NCBI GenBank assembly: GCA_022705325.1
Contig: JAKJER010000032.1
Span: forward strand, 3,152-67,151
Origin: Planctomycetota bacterium
GTDB taxonomy: Bacteria > Planctomycetota > Phycisphaerae > SM23-33
Direction: 5' to 3'
DNA: 64,000 nt
In this document: piece after piece, positions 18,001 to 27,024 of the stretch
Numbering within the stretch: the stretch's first letter is position 1
Layout of the letters: each line of letters starts with the position of its first letter
Translations under genes and position numbers: made by a program
Notes under the pieces: model-generated
Database searches by the model: none
What the model was told of the DNA's origin: nothing
What the model saw: the letters and a program-made list of their open reading frames with translations, nothing else

Positions 18001-19770
18001 CCACCATCGCACGCCGTGACTGTCGCGGAGGGTCAGCAGGACACGAGCGCCGGCGAAGGCGGAGTCGATCCGGCCGGTGAGCTCCTCGCCCGCTGCCAGT
18101 TGCCGCTTGTCCAGTCGCAGGATCAGCCGGGGCACGTCCGCCGAGGGGCGTACGATCAGACCGGCCTGCTCCTGAATCACCCGTCCGTCCGGCAGGCGGG
18201 TGCTGACAACGATGCGGTAGGGGCCGCTCTCGTCCAGGGACAACTGGACATGATCGCCGTCAAATGGGACCGCCTGAACAAACTGGTGATGCGCGACGTT
18301 GAGGTCGGCCGTCTGCCGCCACCCCAACCGGTGGGGCAAGGCGGAGTGCAGCGAGCGGGCGAAGTAGCGCTGGTCAAGCTGGTTGTAGGCCACGTTGGAG
18401 TAGGGACTGTAGTAGCCGTAGCGGGGCGCGGCGGGGGCCAGTTGCAGCACGACGGCCGTGCTGCGGGCGTCGGCGGGAAGGGGACGTCCGTCCGCCAGCC
18501 GGGCCGTCACGGCGAACGCCTCGCCCGCGGCCAGATCGCGACCGGGCAGGTCCAGGCGCAGGGCGGTCTGGGCGGCTGGTCCGGCCAGGTCGATCCGCTC
18601 GACGGCCCGTTGCTCGCGACCGTTGCGGTCGGTCACCACGCCCTCAACCAGCACGCTGCACCCGCGCTCCAGCCAGTCCTTCTGGAGATCGATGCTGTGG
18701 CGGGCCTGGCCTCGGCCGGCCAACTCCAGGCTGTGGCGCATCTGGGCGAGAACTGCCGGTCCGCGCGGGGCCAGGTAGGATAAGCCCACGGGCTGCCAGG
18801 CCGCCAGCAGGGCGGCATCGTCCATCGCGGCGGTCGCGGCGTCTTCGTCCCAGTCCCGTTCCTCGTCGTCGGCGTAGACGAAATCATCACCCTTGAGACC
18901 CTCGCGGGCCGGCGCGGTCAGGCCGAGGACGACCTGTACGTTGAAGTCGACACGGCTGGCGGACACGTGCTTGTCGGTGAAGTCGACCGCGTCGAACGTG
19001 AGGTCCAGCTTGCCGTCGGCGACCGCGCCGGCAATCTTCAGCTTGATCTTCGACTTGCGGAATTCCGCCAGCGTGACGGTGGCGGCGCCCTTGAAGCCGA
19101 CGGCCGACAGCTCGTACGCGTCGAGGGCGTCGGCCTCGCTGAAGGTGTATTCGCCGGCCAGCCGCCCGGACTCGTCGCTGCGCAGGCGGAGCTTGGCGGC
19201 CACGGTCTGTTTCTTCAGGGCGGTCAGGCGAACCTCGACGTCCTGCGGGGCGATGGGGACGAACCGGTCGCCCTCGTCCAGGCGGCGCAGGAAGGCGGCG
19301 AACCGCAGCGCCTGGCCCGGGCGATAGACGCTGCGGTCGACGACGAAGAAGGCGGCCGGTTCGAGAGTCTCCGCCGGTGCCAGGCGCAACGAGTTGGACA
19401 ACTTGTCGACGGTGAACGTCGCGTCTGTGGGTTTGGCCACCCGATAGTGCCAGGTGAAGGTGTTGTCGGCTTGAACAATGGCCGCGCTGGCGGCGCCCTC
19501 GCCGCAGGAGACGGCAACCTGCCTGCCGGCGTAGCTGTCGCGTCCGCTGATCCAGCCGAGCACCTTCCGCTGGTCGCGGACCAGGCAGAGGCGTGGCGGG
19601 TTCTCGGCGGGCGTGCTCTTGGCGAACAGCGGCCGCTGGTCGGCCTGGGCGGGCGCGGGCGTCGGCGAGGCGGGCGCGATCGCGAACCAGGGCAGGCAGA
19701 AGACGAGGGCCGCCAGCCAGGCTGCCGCCGTGCCGGCCATCATGGTGGGGGAGGTCAGTCGCCGGATCAT
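15025..19770 (-). CDS. Bacterial alpha-2-macroglobulin family protein with an intact thioester motif
   Basis: 1581 aa with a signal peptide. It has the canonical thioester site YPHGCVEQTMSRF, followed by a terpenoid-cyclase-like alpha-helical region (GGWGWQGNGQ ... ). The N-terminal part is long and rich in MG-like domains. Confidence 0.85.
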   Translation of the reverse strand: MIRRLTSPTMMAGTAAAWLAALVFCLPWFAIAPASPTPAPAQADQRPLFAKSTPAENPPRLCLVRDQRKVLGWISGRDSYAGRQVAVSCGEGAASAAIVQADNTFTWHYRVAKPTDATFTVDKLSNSLRLAPAETLEPAAFFVVDRSVYRPGQALRFAAFLRRLDEGDRFVPIAPQDVEVRLTALKKQTVAAKLRLRSDESGRLAGEYTFSEADALDAYELSAVGFKGAATVTLAEFRKSKIKLKIAGAVADGKLDLTFDAVDFTDKHVSASRVDFNVQVVLGLTAPAREGLKGDDFVYADDEERDWDEDAATAAMDDAALLAAWQPVGLSYLAPRGPAVLAQMRHSLELAGRGQARHSIDLQKDWLERGCSVLVEGVVTDRNGREQRAVERIDLAGPAAQTALRLDLPGRDLAAGEAFAVTARLADGRPLPADARSTAVVLQLAPAAPRYGYYSPYSNVAYNQLDQRYFARSLHSALPHRLGWRQTADLNVAHHQFVQAVPFDGDHVQLSLDESGPYRIVVSTRLPDGRVIQEQAGLIVRPSADVPRLILRLDKRQLAAGEELTGRIDSAFAGARVLLTLRDSHGVRWWQTLQLEGSTGRFSLSLPPGLSYGCSLAVQYPTPSRVHVAQQIFRVRPDDRTLRIDAKTPADCRPGQKVRLDFQVNRNEPVDLVVSVYDQSLLAVAPDRRTDIRDFFLADLRAADQAGADLLRRRLGELTVEQAVAMAKAAKPSVVRDDYDNLLQAVATVSPGQNINTYHVMGLLEAAGVAARYDARWGCSWYARVNDNKQPPCRLADLLDARTPDGTHLRFRCRGGVVCLEEVNPRRMAETARNIARYAGQARYQARGDAHFSASANAMYSASGQSFISHMPAGPAIELIQPDAMAGQVAVRTDFSDSACWNATLRTDANGRAVVEFKLPDSITNWHVVATAVSRDMHVGQHKTSFRSTRPIMVWPMVPRVFVEGDRVRLFAAVHNTTDRDQTLRVRLKVDNGSVLDEEEKLVVVAARSDAPVYWTFAPGTAGFTQLLMTATCPAGSDASLKRLPVVCPAAEELITRSGYCKAGAELDVPADVDLAKASLDVVVVPSLAADMADTLEYLVEYPHGCVEQTMSRFLPAIKVAQILKRYRIEHPGLKAKLPGCVDAGIKRLLQLQKGDGGWGWQGNGQTHEMMTPYALYGLLEARAAGYGVDEQAIQRGLNRLKAFIDAMGQPQAADRIYCMYVWSFHADLEKAWWDFIEAEVDRGKLSDYALALSLEVAARKGRGELAARLATALRKRVREDSHGLHWTTAGFSRWGNDPFEITAAVLKAFAVHNHDEKLIPGILDYFARTKRGNRWNSTKDTAMVLFAMCEYLFRQDGSGQVSRQVRMTINDGPARTVDLSDGLTARVRLEGAALKSGRNVVAFEKACPGTMFRLVLRHRRSGQDLAPSAVGVSVARRLTLLNESGQAVRELRNGDTVPRGSYLLSSVTVQKQDGATMRYLLVCNPKPSSAEIIPADDKRFSAARSNCVLREDKTVGVLFHHEQTGNVQDSCVFLAEMAGEYVLPPAQAEMMYDSDVRGHSGTFRLKVVDEQPAKVAAAGK

Positions 19771-20054
19771 GTTGTTCTCCTTCGGGCAATGCCGCCACGC
19801 GCGGCTCGACGTCTATGGATATAGTCGCGTCGGCGAGGCCAAGGTCTGTAAAGGCTTTGTAAAAGGTGCCGCTCCGGGACGGGCGAGGTGGAATTCACAA
19901 AGCGCCGGAAGATTCCCTTGCGGGCAAAAGGCGGGTATACTATGCCCAGGCGCCGGAAGGCTCCGGCGTGGCGTCAAGCAGGAAGTGAGCGGCGGCCCCG
20001 CGGGGCTTGGGGCCGGTCGCGCGATTCCCGAAGGTCCCCTTTCGAGGCACGGTC

Positions 20055-20687
20055 ATGAACAGCAGGACGTGGTGGTGGGTGGCGGCGGTCGGTGTGATCG
20101 GCGTGGCGTGCTGGGTGTCGTCGGCTGGAGCGGCTCCAAAGGACAAGGGCGAGAAGGCCGGCGCCGAGGATGTGATGGGAATCATCGAGGCCGACTGCAA
20201 CCTGACCGACGAGCAGAAGGAAAAGGTCGCCAAGCTCAAGGAGGAGCGGGACAAGAAGACCGCCGAGCGCCAGGACAAGATCGACAAGGCCCGCCAGAAA
20301 GTGGCCGCCATCAAGGACAAGCGTCAGAAGGAACGGATGGGGCAGGAGCTTCGCCTGGCCGAGAAGCAGATGGAGACCTACGGGCAGAAGTGGGACGCTC
20401 CCGTCATCGCGTTGCTCAAGCCGGAGCAGAAACTGGTGCTGTTCAACAAGCTGGTGGACAGGAAGGTCAAGGAGGAATTCCACGGCTTCTCCTGGACGGA
20501 GGACCAGTCCACCAAGGTCAAAGACGTATGCGAGAAGGCGGCCAAGAAACTGGCTGCCGGCTCGACCTTCAGCGGCGCCCAGATGGGCTCGATCTACAAG
20601 GAAATCGTGATGTCGGTAATGGCCCCGGACCAGCGGAAGGACTACCTGGCCGACAAGCAGAAAGAGATGAAGCAGCAGAGGAAGTAG
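20055..20687 (+). CDS. Periplasmic LTXXQ-motif (Spy/CpxP-family-like) protein
   Basis: Signal peptide MNSRTWWWVAAVGVIGVACWVSSAGA. The mature part is helical and rich in charged residues, with repeated motifs LTDEQ, LKPEQ and WTEDQ. It is divergent from the alpha-2-macroglobulin gene. Confidence 0.55.
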   Translation: MNSRTWWWVAAVGVIGVACWVSSAGAAPKDKGEKAGAEDVMGIIEADCNLTDEQKEKVAKLKEERDKKTAERQDKIDKARQKVAAIKDKRQKERMGQELRLAEKQMETYGQKWDAPVIALLKPEQKLVLFNKLVDRKVKEEFHGFSWTEDQSTKVKDVCEKAAKKLAAGSTFSGAQMGSIYKEIVMSVMAPDQRKDYLADKQKEMKQQRK

Positions 20688-20719
20688 AGGGCAAGGCAGT
20701 GGGAAAGGCCAGCCCGTAT

Positions 20720-20746
20720 CGAGCCCCATCGTTGTCGAGGGGCTCG
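20720..20746. terminator. Hairpin between convergent genes (possible terminator, no U-tract)
   Basis: CGAGCCCC-A-TCG TTGT CGA-GGGGCTCG. Confidence 0.3.
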
Positions 20747-20849
20747 CCTGTCCGGCTCGCCTTCTTGAGAACGCCATGAAACGCATTGGCCGTCGGGGTC
20801 CCCAAGGGACCTCGGCGGCCATTGTCTTCTGTCTGCCCGGGCTGTGGTC

Positions 20850-22094
20850 TTACCGCCGGCGCCGGCGCCCCAGCAGGTTGCGGCGGAGGGGCTTCTTCCA
20901 GCCGTTGGCCATGGCCGGCCCGGTTGGGGCGGGTGTCGCGGCGGCCTTGGCGGCGCGGGGCACGGGCGAGAGGAACGGGTGATCGCTGGTGGCGGGCAGC
21001 GGTCGGCGGATCAGCTTCTCGATCTGGTCGAGGTAGCAGCGCTCCTCGATGCCGCAGAACGAGAACGCCTGTCCCGCGGCGCCGGCCCGCCCGGTCCGCC
21101 CGATCCGGTGCACATAGGTCTCGGGCTCCTCGGGCATGTCGTAGTTGATCACGTGGCTGATGTCGTCCACGTCCAGCCCGCGCGAGGCGATGTCGCTGGC
21201 GACCAGTACGCGGACGTGCCCCTTCTTGAACCGGTCCAGCGCCCGCTCCCGCTCGCTCTGGCTCCGGTCGGAATGGATCACGTCGACCAGGATCTGCGAT
21301 TCCCGCAGCGTCCGCGTCAGCCGGTCCGCCGACCGCTTGGTCCGCGTGAACACCAGCCCGCGGCTCACCGCTTCGTCCGTGAGCAGGTGGGCCAGCAGCA
21401 GATGCTTCTGGCCCCGCTCCACGAAGTACACCGTCTGGTCGACCGTCTCGGCCGCCGGCGCCTCGGGGGCGATGCGGATCTCCACGGCGTTGCGAAGGAT
21501 CGAGTCGGCCAGATGCTGGATCTCATAGGGCATGGTGGCCGAGAAGAACAAGGTCTGTCGTTCGCGGGGCAGCAGCCGCACGATCCGCCGGACGTCCTCG
21601 ATGAAACCCATGTCCAGCATGCGGTCGGCCTCGTCCAGGACGAGGACTTCCACGTGATCCAGCTTGACCACCCCCTGGCCCACCAGGTCCAGCAGGCGCC
21701 CCGGTGTGGCCACGAGGATGTCGATGCCTTTGGCGATGGCCTTTCGCTGTGGTCCGGATCGCACGCCGCCGAAGATCGTGACGTGGCGCAGGCCCGTGTG
21801 ACGCCCGTAGGCGGCGAAGCTGTCGCCGATCTGGGCGGCCAGTTCCCGCGTGGGCGAGACGATCAGGCTGCGGATCACGCGAGGTCCGTCTGTCTTGGTG
21901 TTGTACAGCCGCTGGAGAATGGGCAGCGCGAACGCCGCCGTCTTGCCCGTTCCGGTCTGGGCGCAGCCCAGGAGGTCGCCGCCAGCCAACACGTGGGGGA
22001 TCGCCTGTTCCTGGATCGGGGTGGGGGTCGCGTAGCCTTCTTCGCCAATGGCACGCATCAGGGGCTCTATGAGCCCGAACTCTTCGAATTGCAT
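20850..22094 (-). CDS. rhlE: DEAD-box ATP-dependent RNA helicase (RhlE-like)
   Basis: Q-motif GYATPTPIQ, Walker [13 protein letters not shown] (VLDEADRM), [13 protein letters not shown], and an Arg-rich C-terminal tail. Start at MQFEEFGL. Confidence 0.9.
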   Translation of the reverse strand: MQFEEFGLIEPLMRAIGEEGYATPTPIQEQAIPHVLAGGDLLGCAQTGTGKTAAFALPILQRLYNTKTDGPRVIRSLIVSPTRELAAQIGDSFAAYGRHTGLRHVTIFGGVRSGPQRKAIAKGIDILVATPGRLLDLVGQGVVKLDHVEVLVLDEADRMLDMGFIEDVRRIVRLLPRERQTLFFSATMPYEIQHLADSILRNAVEIRIAPEAPAAETVDQTVYFVERGQKHLLLAHLLTDEAVSRGLVFTRTKRSADRLTRTLRESQILVDVIHSDRSQSERERALDRFKKGHVRVLVASDIASRGLDVDDISHVINYDMPEEPETYVHRIGRTGRAGAAGQAFSFCGIEERCYLDQIEKLIRRPLPATSDHPFLSPVPRAAKAAATPAPTGPAMANGWKKPLRRNLLGRRRRR

Positions 22095-22174
22095 AAAACC
22101 TGCGTTACTCTTTCTTGCCGCTTTCCGCCCGACCCCATGCCGGGCAGACCGTCTCAACACTTATCTTTCCAGGC

Positions 22175-22203
22175 ATTATATCGTCTAATTGTCGGCTTCG
22201 CAA
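22175..22203 (-). promoter_or_regulatory. Near-consensus sigma70 promoter of the helicase gene
   Basis: The minus strand has TTGCGA, a 17-nt spacer, then TATAAT. The predicted leader is about 70 nt in a locally AT-richer stretch. Confidence 0.6.
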
Positions 22204-22280
22204 GAAGATAAATTTAAGCGTCAGTTAGAGTTCCGTTGCTTCGGCCGGCCGCCTCGCGCGCGGGCGCACCCGACGAGCGG

Positions 22281-24890
22281 TCACGGCCCGGCCTGGACGG
22301 TCTTGACTTGCCCGTTCACCCGGAGGGCGACCGACGTGGGCTTGTCTGCGTGCAGCCGCCACTGGGTCACCTTGCCGTCGGCCCAGGCGAAATCCACCGT
22401 GATTCCCCCGCGCGCCCGCAGGCCGCGGACGCTGCCGCCAGGCCAGGCCTTCGGCAGGGCGGGCAGGAGGTGGATCTCGCCTGCGTGACTTTGGAGGAGC
22501 ATCTCGCAGATGGCGGCCGTGATGCCGAAGTTCCCGTCCATCTGCATCGGCGGATGGTTGCCGAAAAGGTTGCTCAGCAGGTTGTGGGAGAAGAGATTGC
22601 GGATCATGGCCAGGGCCTTGTCGCCCTCCCGCAGGCGGGCCCACAGCGCGCATCGCCAGGCCCAGGCCCATTCGCGCCGGCTGTCGCCGCTGGTGCCGCG
22701 GGCCTCCAGCGAGACGGCCGCCGCCTTGGCCCACTCGGGCGTCCGTGCCACCGAGATCTGCTGACCCGGGTAGACCGCGAACAGGTGGGATGTGTGGCGG
22801 TGCGAGTCCTTCGGATTGTCGCGGTCGGTCATCCACTCCCGCAACTGGCCCCACTTGCCCACCTGCGGGCCGACGAGCTTGTCGCGCATCGCGCGGACCT
22901 TCGCCCGCTCGTCGGCGTCCACGTCCAATGCTTCGGACGCCTGGATGAAATGGGTGAACAGGTCCCAGACGATCTGCTGGTTGTAGCTCACGCCGTCTTC
23001 GTGCGGGCCGTGCTCGGGCGACCAGCCGTCGGGCACGACCAGGCGCCCGTCGTCCAACGTCTTGAGCTGGCCCTGCCAGAACGCGCAGACCTCTTGAATC
23101 ACCGGGTAGGCGACCGTTCGGAGATACTCCTTGTCTTGCGTGAATGCGTAGTGTTCCCAGAAATGCAGGGCGTACCACGCGTTGGCCGATTTGTCCCACT
23201 GCCAGCCCATCCCACCGGTGATGTTGTGCGAGGTCCGCAGGGCCCAGCCGCGGACCGGCGCCCCGTCGCGACGCTGGTACTCCTTGGCGGCCGCCGTCGC
23301 CTTGCGCCACGCGGGCAGTTGGCTGATGACCAGGTCGAAGAAGGGCAGGTGGCACTCGCTCAGGTTGGCCACCTCGGCCGGCCAGTAGTTCATCTGCACG
23401 TTGATGTTGGCGTGGTAATCGCTGTGCCAGGGCGGAGAGTTGGAATCGTTCCACAGGCCCTGGAGGTTGGCGGGCCTGCCGGGTCGGCGCGAGCAGGACA
23501 TCAGGAGATATCGCCCCATCTGAAACAGCAGGGCTTCCAATTCCGGGTCCTGCCCATCCTGGGCGTAGGCGGCCAGGCGCCGGTCGGTGGTCTGCGAGCG
23601 GACATCCGGCGCGCTGCGCCCCCAGTCCACGCGCACCCGGTCGAACAACGATTTGAAGTCCGCCTGGTGACGCGAGCGCAGCTTCTCGTAGCCCAGGGCG
23701 GCAGCCGACTCGATCTGTCGGCGGACCGTCGGCCCGGGGTGCTCACCCCTGTATCCGCCTGCGGAATCCGCCAGATAGCTCGTGCCCCCCGCCAGCAGGA
23801 TGACCGCCTCGTCGCACCCGGCCAGCCGGATCGAGTCCCCGTCGCCCGACAGCTTGCCGCCCCTGCTCAGCACGCGCGCGCGGGCCTCGTACTCCAGGCC
23901 GTTGGACAGCTTTCCGGCGAAGCCGATCTCATTGCCCTCGACGGCGCATCGCTCGCCGTGGGCGCCCTGCAGGCGGACGATCCCGCTCACGTTGCCCGGC
24001 TTGTCGGCCGTCCAATGCAGCACGAGCACCTGGTCGGGATGGCTGACGAACGCCGTCCGCGTGTGCGTCACCTGGCTGCGCCGGAAGGTGACGCGGTGCT
24101 CGCCCACGCCCAGCGACAGGGACCGCTCGTACCCGTCTTGAGCGGCCTGGGCGGCCTGGGCGACCTTGCCCGCGCCCCCCGGCAGGGAGATCTCGGCGAT
24201 CTGAAGGTGCGGCAGGCCGTGGTTGGCCTGGAACGTGATGCGGTAGAAGCGGTAGGGCGCCTTGTTCTCGAAGGTGAACGTTCGCGTCGCGCCGCGCTTG
24301 TCCGGGGGCTGATCGGTTCGGCGGTCCAGCACGGTCCACGCGTCGTCGTCGTTGGACCCGGCCAGTTCCCAGGTCCTGGGGTCGCGCTGGGGGAAGTTCT
24401 GGCAGGTGGTGAACGAGTAGGAGGTTACGGCGGCGGGCTTGGCCAGCCGGCGCTGCCAGATGACGGGCTTGCTATCGTGGACGACGCACCACTTGGTGTC
24501 GGCCCGCCCATCGGCGCTGAACTGGATCTCCTCGGCGGCGTAGAAGGCCTTGTGCCCGCTGGCGCAGGACAACTCCGCCTGCTGGGGCTCGCCCGTCTGG
24601 ATGAGCAACTCGCCGAAGGTCTGGTAGGCGCCCATCGAGCCGTAGTCGCCGGACGGATTGTCGTCGCCGGTCCAGAGGCTGTCCTCGTTGAACTGGAGCC
24701 GCTCGCTCTCGACATCTCCGAAGACCATGCAGCCGAGCCGGCCGTTGCCCAGCGGCAGGGCCTGCGAGGCCCAGTTCCTGGCGGGGCTGTCGTAGCGCAA
24801 GAGAAGTTCGTCGTCGGCGGCCAACGGGGCGGGCGTCAGGGCAGAGCCCCCAGCCGCAAGAAGCAACGCCAGGAACGCGGTTGATCTCAT
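22281..24890 (-). CDS. Glycoside hydrolase family 95-like (alpha-L-fucosidase type) with an inserted F5/8-type-C (discoidin-like) domain
   Basis: Signal peptide. GH95 N-terminal signature YDSPARNWASQALPLGNGRLGCMVFG ... NEDSLW. The catalytic (alpha/alpha)6 part has [12 protein letters not shown] and RHTSHL. An approximately 150-aa insert (DTKW ... RDPRTWELAGSNDDDAWTVL ... YRFYRITF) looks discoidin-like. Confidence 0.8.
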   Translation of the reverse strand: MRSTAFLALLLAAGGSALTPAPLAADDELLLRYDSPARNWASQALPLGNGRLGCMVFGDVESERLQFNEDSLWTGDDNPSGDYGSMGAYQTFGELLIQTGEPQQAELSCASGHKAFYAAEEIQFSADGRADTKWCVVHDSKPVIWQRRLAKPAAVTSYSFTTCQNFPQRDPRTWELAGSNDDDAWTVLDRRTDQPPDKRGATRTFTFENKAPYRFYRITFQANHGLPHLQIAEISLPGGAGKVAQAAQAAQDGYERSLSLGVGEHRVTFRRSQVTHTRTAFVSHPDQVLVLHWTADKPGNVSGIVRLQGAHGERCAVEGNEIGFAGKLSNGLEYEARARVLSRGGKLSGDGDSIRLAGCDEAVILLAGGTSYLADSAGGYRGEHPGPTVRRQIESAAALGYEKLRSRHQADFKSLFDRVRVDWGRSAPDVRSQTTDRRLAAYAQDGQDPELEALLFQMGRYLLMSCSRRPGRPANLQGLWNDSNSPPWHSDYHANINVQMNYWPAEVANLSECHLPFFDLVISQLPAWRKATAAAKEYQRRDGAPVRGWALRTSHNITGGMGWQWDKSANAWYALHFWEHYAFTQDKEYLRTVAYPVIQEVCAFWQGQLKTLDDGRLVVPDGWSPEHGPHEDGVSYNQQIVWDLFTHFIQASEALDVDADERAKVRAMRDKLVGPQVGKWGQLREWMTDRDNPKDSHRHTSHLFAVYPGQQISVARTPEWAKAAAVSLEARGTSGDSRREWAWAWRCALWARLREGDKALAMIRNLFSHNLLSNLFGNHPPMQMDGNFGITAAICEMLLQSHAGEIHLLPALPKAWPGGSVRGLRARGGITVDFAWADGKVTQWRLHADKPTSVALRVNGQVKTVQAGP

Positions 24891-24971
24891 GGTCGCCTTC
24901 CTTCCCGTTCGCGGGCGCGAAACCCGCGGCAAGGGTGTCCCGGGGGCAGTGCGAAGGGTCTCGCCGCGAGC

Positions 24972-26816
24972 CTATCGCATCGATACCTTGTCCAGTTGCA
25001 GGTGGCGCTTGAGCCGCTTGAAGTGCAGATAACAGCCGCCCGCATGGACCACCACGTTGCCTCGGTTGGCTTCCTTGACGTCCATTTTGCCCGTGAGCTT
25101 CTCTCGCGAGAACGCGCTCATCAGCAGCAGCCGGTTGGAGGGATGAGGCACACTGGCGTGCAGCACGTGGTCGCTCTGGTGGGGCGACAGCGGGTGGCTG
25201 TGCGCGGCGAACTGGAAAGACTGGGTGGCGGCCAGGGCGAAGTAGAGCCCCGCTCGCCGGCCCGCGATTGTGCCCGTGGCGCCGGGTGCGTCGAGATGGA
25301 TTCGCCCCTGGGTGTGCCAGAACAGATCGACCTGCTCGGACAGGGAGTTGGCCAACTCGTCGATCACCACCAGCATGCGCCCGGCGTGCGAGGCGGGGTT
25401 GACCAGCATGATCAGGTGGCGGACGAAGTGGACGTTCTCGCCGCAGGCGGTTCGGGCGTCGCAGGCCAGCCAGCGATAGTCCGTCCCGGTCTGCGCCTCG
25501 ATGATCAGTCCCTGGGCGTCGATGCGATGCTCACGCTCGCCCACGGTCAGCGTGTTGTGGGCCCGGGCCTGGACCTGGTAGAACCCGCCGCGGTCGCCGG
25601 AGAAGTACTCCCGGCTGTGCGGCGGGTGACCCAGGTCCACCAGCAGCGCCTCTCCGTCGACGTGGACCTGGATGGAGTTCATGTCGCACTGGGCGAGATT
25701 GGCCGCCAGGTCGCCGGTCTTGGCGGCAACGTAGAAGCTCGGGCGGGGCCACTGGTCGGCCATGGCCGCCCAGCCGATCTCGTTGAACACCTTCAGCGGC
25801 GCCAGGGCGGGCTGTCGGGTGGTCTCGGCGTCGACCGGACGCAGCAGCAGGGCCAGCCCGGCCGCCGACCAGTCAGCGGCGCTGACGTCACGGTGAAAGG
25901 CGTAGGTGTCCAGCCACCAGGTGACTTCCTTGAGCCCGAAGTGCTTGACCAGGATGTAGAAGGCCCCGTAGAGGGGCACGACGCTCTGGTCGCCGAAGCT
26001 GGCGGCGTGGGCGTTGGGGGTGAAGTAGATCGGGAACAGCCCCGTGGCGTCCATGCCGCGGGCGTGGAAAATCCGCTGGTCGTCCAGCAGGCGGGCGCGG
26101 GCTTCGCCCAGCAGCAGCACGTAGCGCATGGCGTAGCCCCAGTAGCCCAGCCCTTCGTCCCAGCCTCCCTCGCGACCCAGGGCGTCAAAGAAATGCCTCA
26201 GGGCATCCAGGCTCAAGTGCTCGACTTCGCGGGCCTCGGGCTCTTCGTCGCTCAGGGCCAGGGCGGCGATCTGGCAGCCGCTGTTGACCACCGCGTTCCA
26301 ATGGTGGTAGCACGAGTACCACCACGCCCCCTTCTTCACGGCCCGGTGGTACGGCTCGATCACCTTGTGGCGCAGGGCGTGGATCACGCGAAGGCGGTCC
26401 GCCTCGGTCAGGTCCTCGTACAGCCAGTCCAGGGCCACCGCGGCGGCGACGGCCGCCTCGGCCGTGCACAGGTCCACCTCCAACTCCGAGTGGCAGGGGT
26501 CGGTCCAACTTGACCAACTGACGAGGTTCTTGAGTTCTTCGATCGCCCGGTCCCGGTAGGCCGTATTGCGGTCCACGTGGTGCGCGATCAACAGGTCGAT
26601 GATCCGGCCCTGCGCGGTGCGGGCGGCGGTGGTGGCGGCGCACCAGACGCCCTGCTGCCAGTTGGCCCGCCACTGGGCTTCGGTGATCGGGTTCGTGGTC
26701 AGGATCAGGGCGCAGCGTTTGCGGAGGAAGTCGTAGATGCTGTCGAAGGGTCTGCGGGCGATGCGGGACCGCAGGGCCTTCAGTTCGTCTCGGTTGGCGA
26801 GTATGCCGCGTCTCAT
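24972..26816 (-). CDS. Heparinase II/III-like polysaccharide lyase family protein
   Basis: 614 aa. It has an N-terminal alpha-helical toroid-like region and a C-terminal beta-rich part (HAHNTLTV ...). The overall pattern matches my memory of heparinase II/III / DUF4962-type proteins. No signal peptide is seen. Confidence 0.5.
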   Translation of the reverse strand: MRRGILANRDELKALRSRIARRPFDSIYDFLRKRCALILTTNPITEAQWRANWQQGVWCAATTAARTAQGRIIDLLIAHHVDRNTAYRDRAIEELKNLVSWSSWTDPCHSELEVDLCTAEAAVAAAVALDWLYEDLTEADRLRVIHALRHKVIEPYHRAVKKGAWWYSCYHHWNAVVNSGCQIAALALSDEEPEAREVEHLSLDALRHFFDALGREGGWDEGLGYWGYAMRYVLLLGEARARLLDDQRIFHARGMDATGLFPIYFTPNAHAASFGDQSVVPLYGAFYILVKHFGLKEVTWWLDTYAFHRDVSAADWSAAGLALLLRPVDAETTRQPALAPLKVFNEIGWAAMADQWPRPSFYVAAKTGDLAANLAQCDMNSIQVHVDGEALLVDLGHPPHSREYFSGDRGGFYQVQARAHNTLTVGEREHRIDAQGLIIEAQTGTDYRWLACDARTACGENVHFVRHLIMLVNPASHAGRMLVVIDELANSLSEQVDLFWHTQGRIHLDAPGATGTIAGRRAGLYFALAATQSFQFAAHSHPLSPHQSDHVLHASVPHPSNRLLLMSAFSREKLTGKMDVKEANRGNVVVHAGGCYLHFKRLKRHLQLDKVSMR

Positions 26817-27024
26817 GTCTCGTCTCGTTCCTTACGGATCGTCGCGAACGCCCGCTAAGGATACGAGACCTGATGCGACAGTTCAATACCCGACGAGGAA
26901 GACTGCCGCACGCTCCGCGCGCCCGAGGGCCCCATCGCTTCTGCCCCCGGACCGTTTGACTGCTTGAGCGGTCCAGGCTGCGGGGTATAATCGCTTCGAC
27001 CCGGAACCTGAAAGGGAACCAGCC

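Noticed and set aside
14980-18783. Very long ORFs antisense to the confident genes: 14980-18783 + (1267 aa), 9042-11942 +, 12448-14064 +, 22236-24884 +, 52221-55796 + (1191 aa), 58979-61951 +, 41582-43561 -, 43707-45410 -, and many others in the track.
   Set aside because: Their translations are dominated by Arg/Gly/Ala/Pro/Asp/His runs and carry no motifs. They exactly shadow genes with clear family signatures on the opposite strand. Stop-free antisense frames are expected in high-GC DNA with GC3-biased coding.
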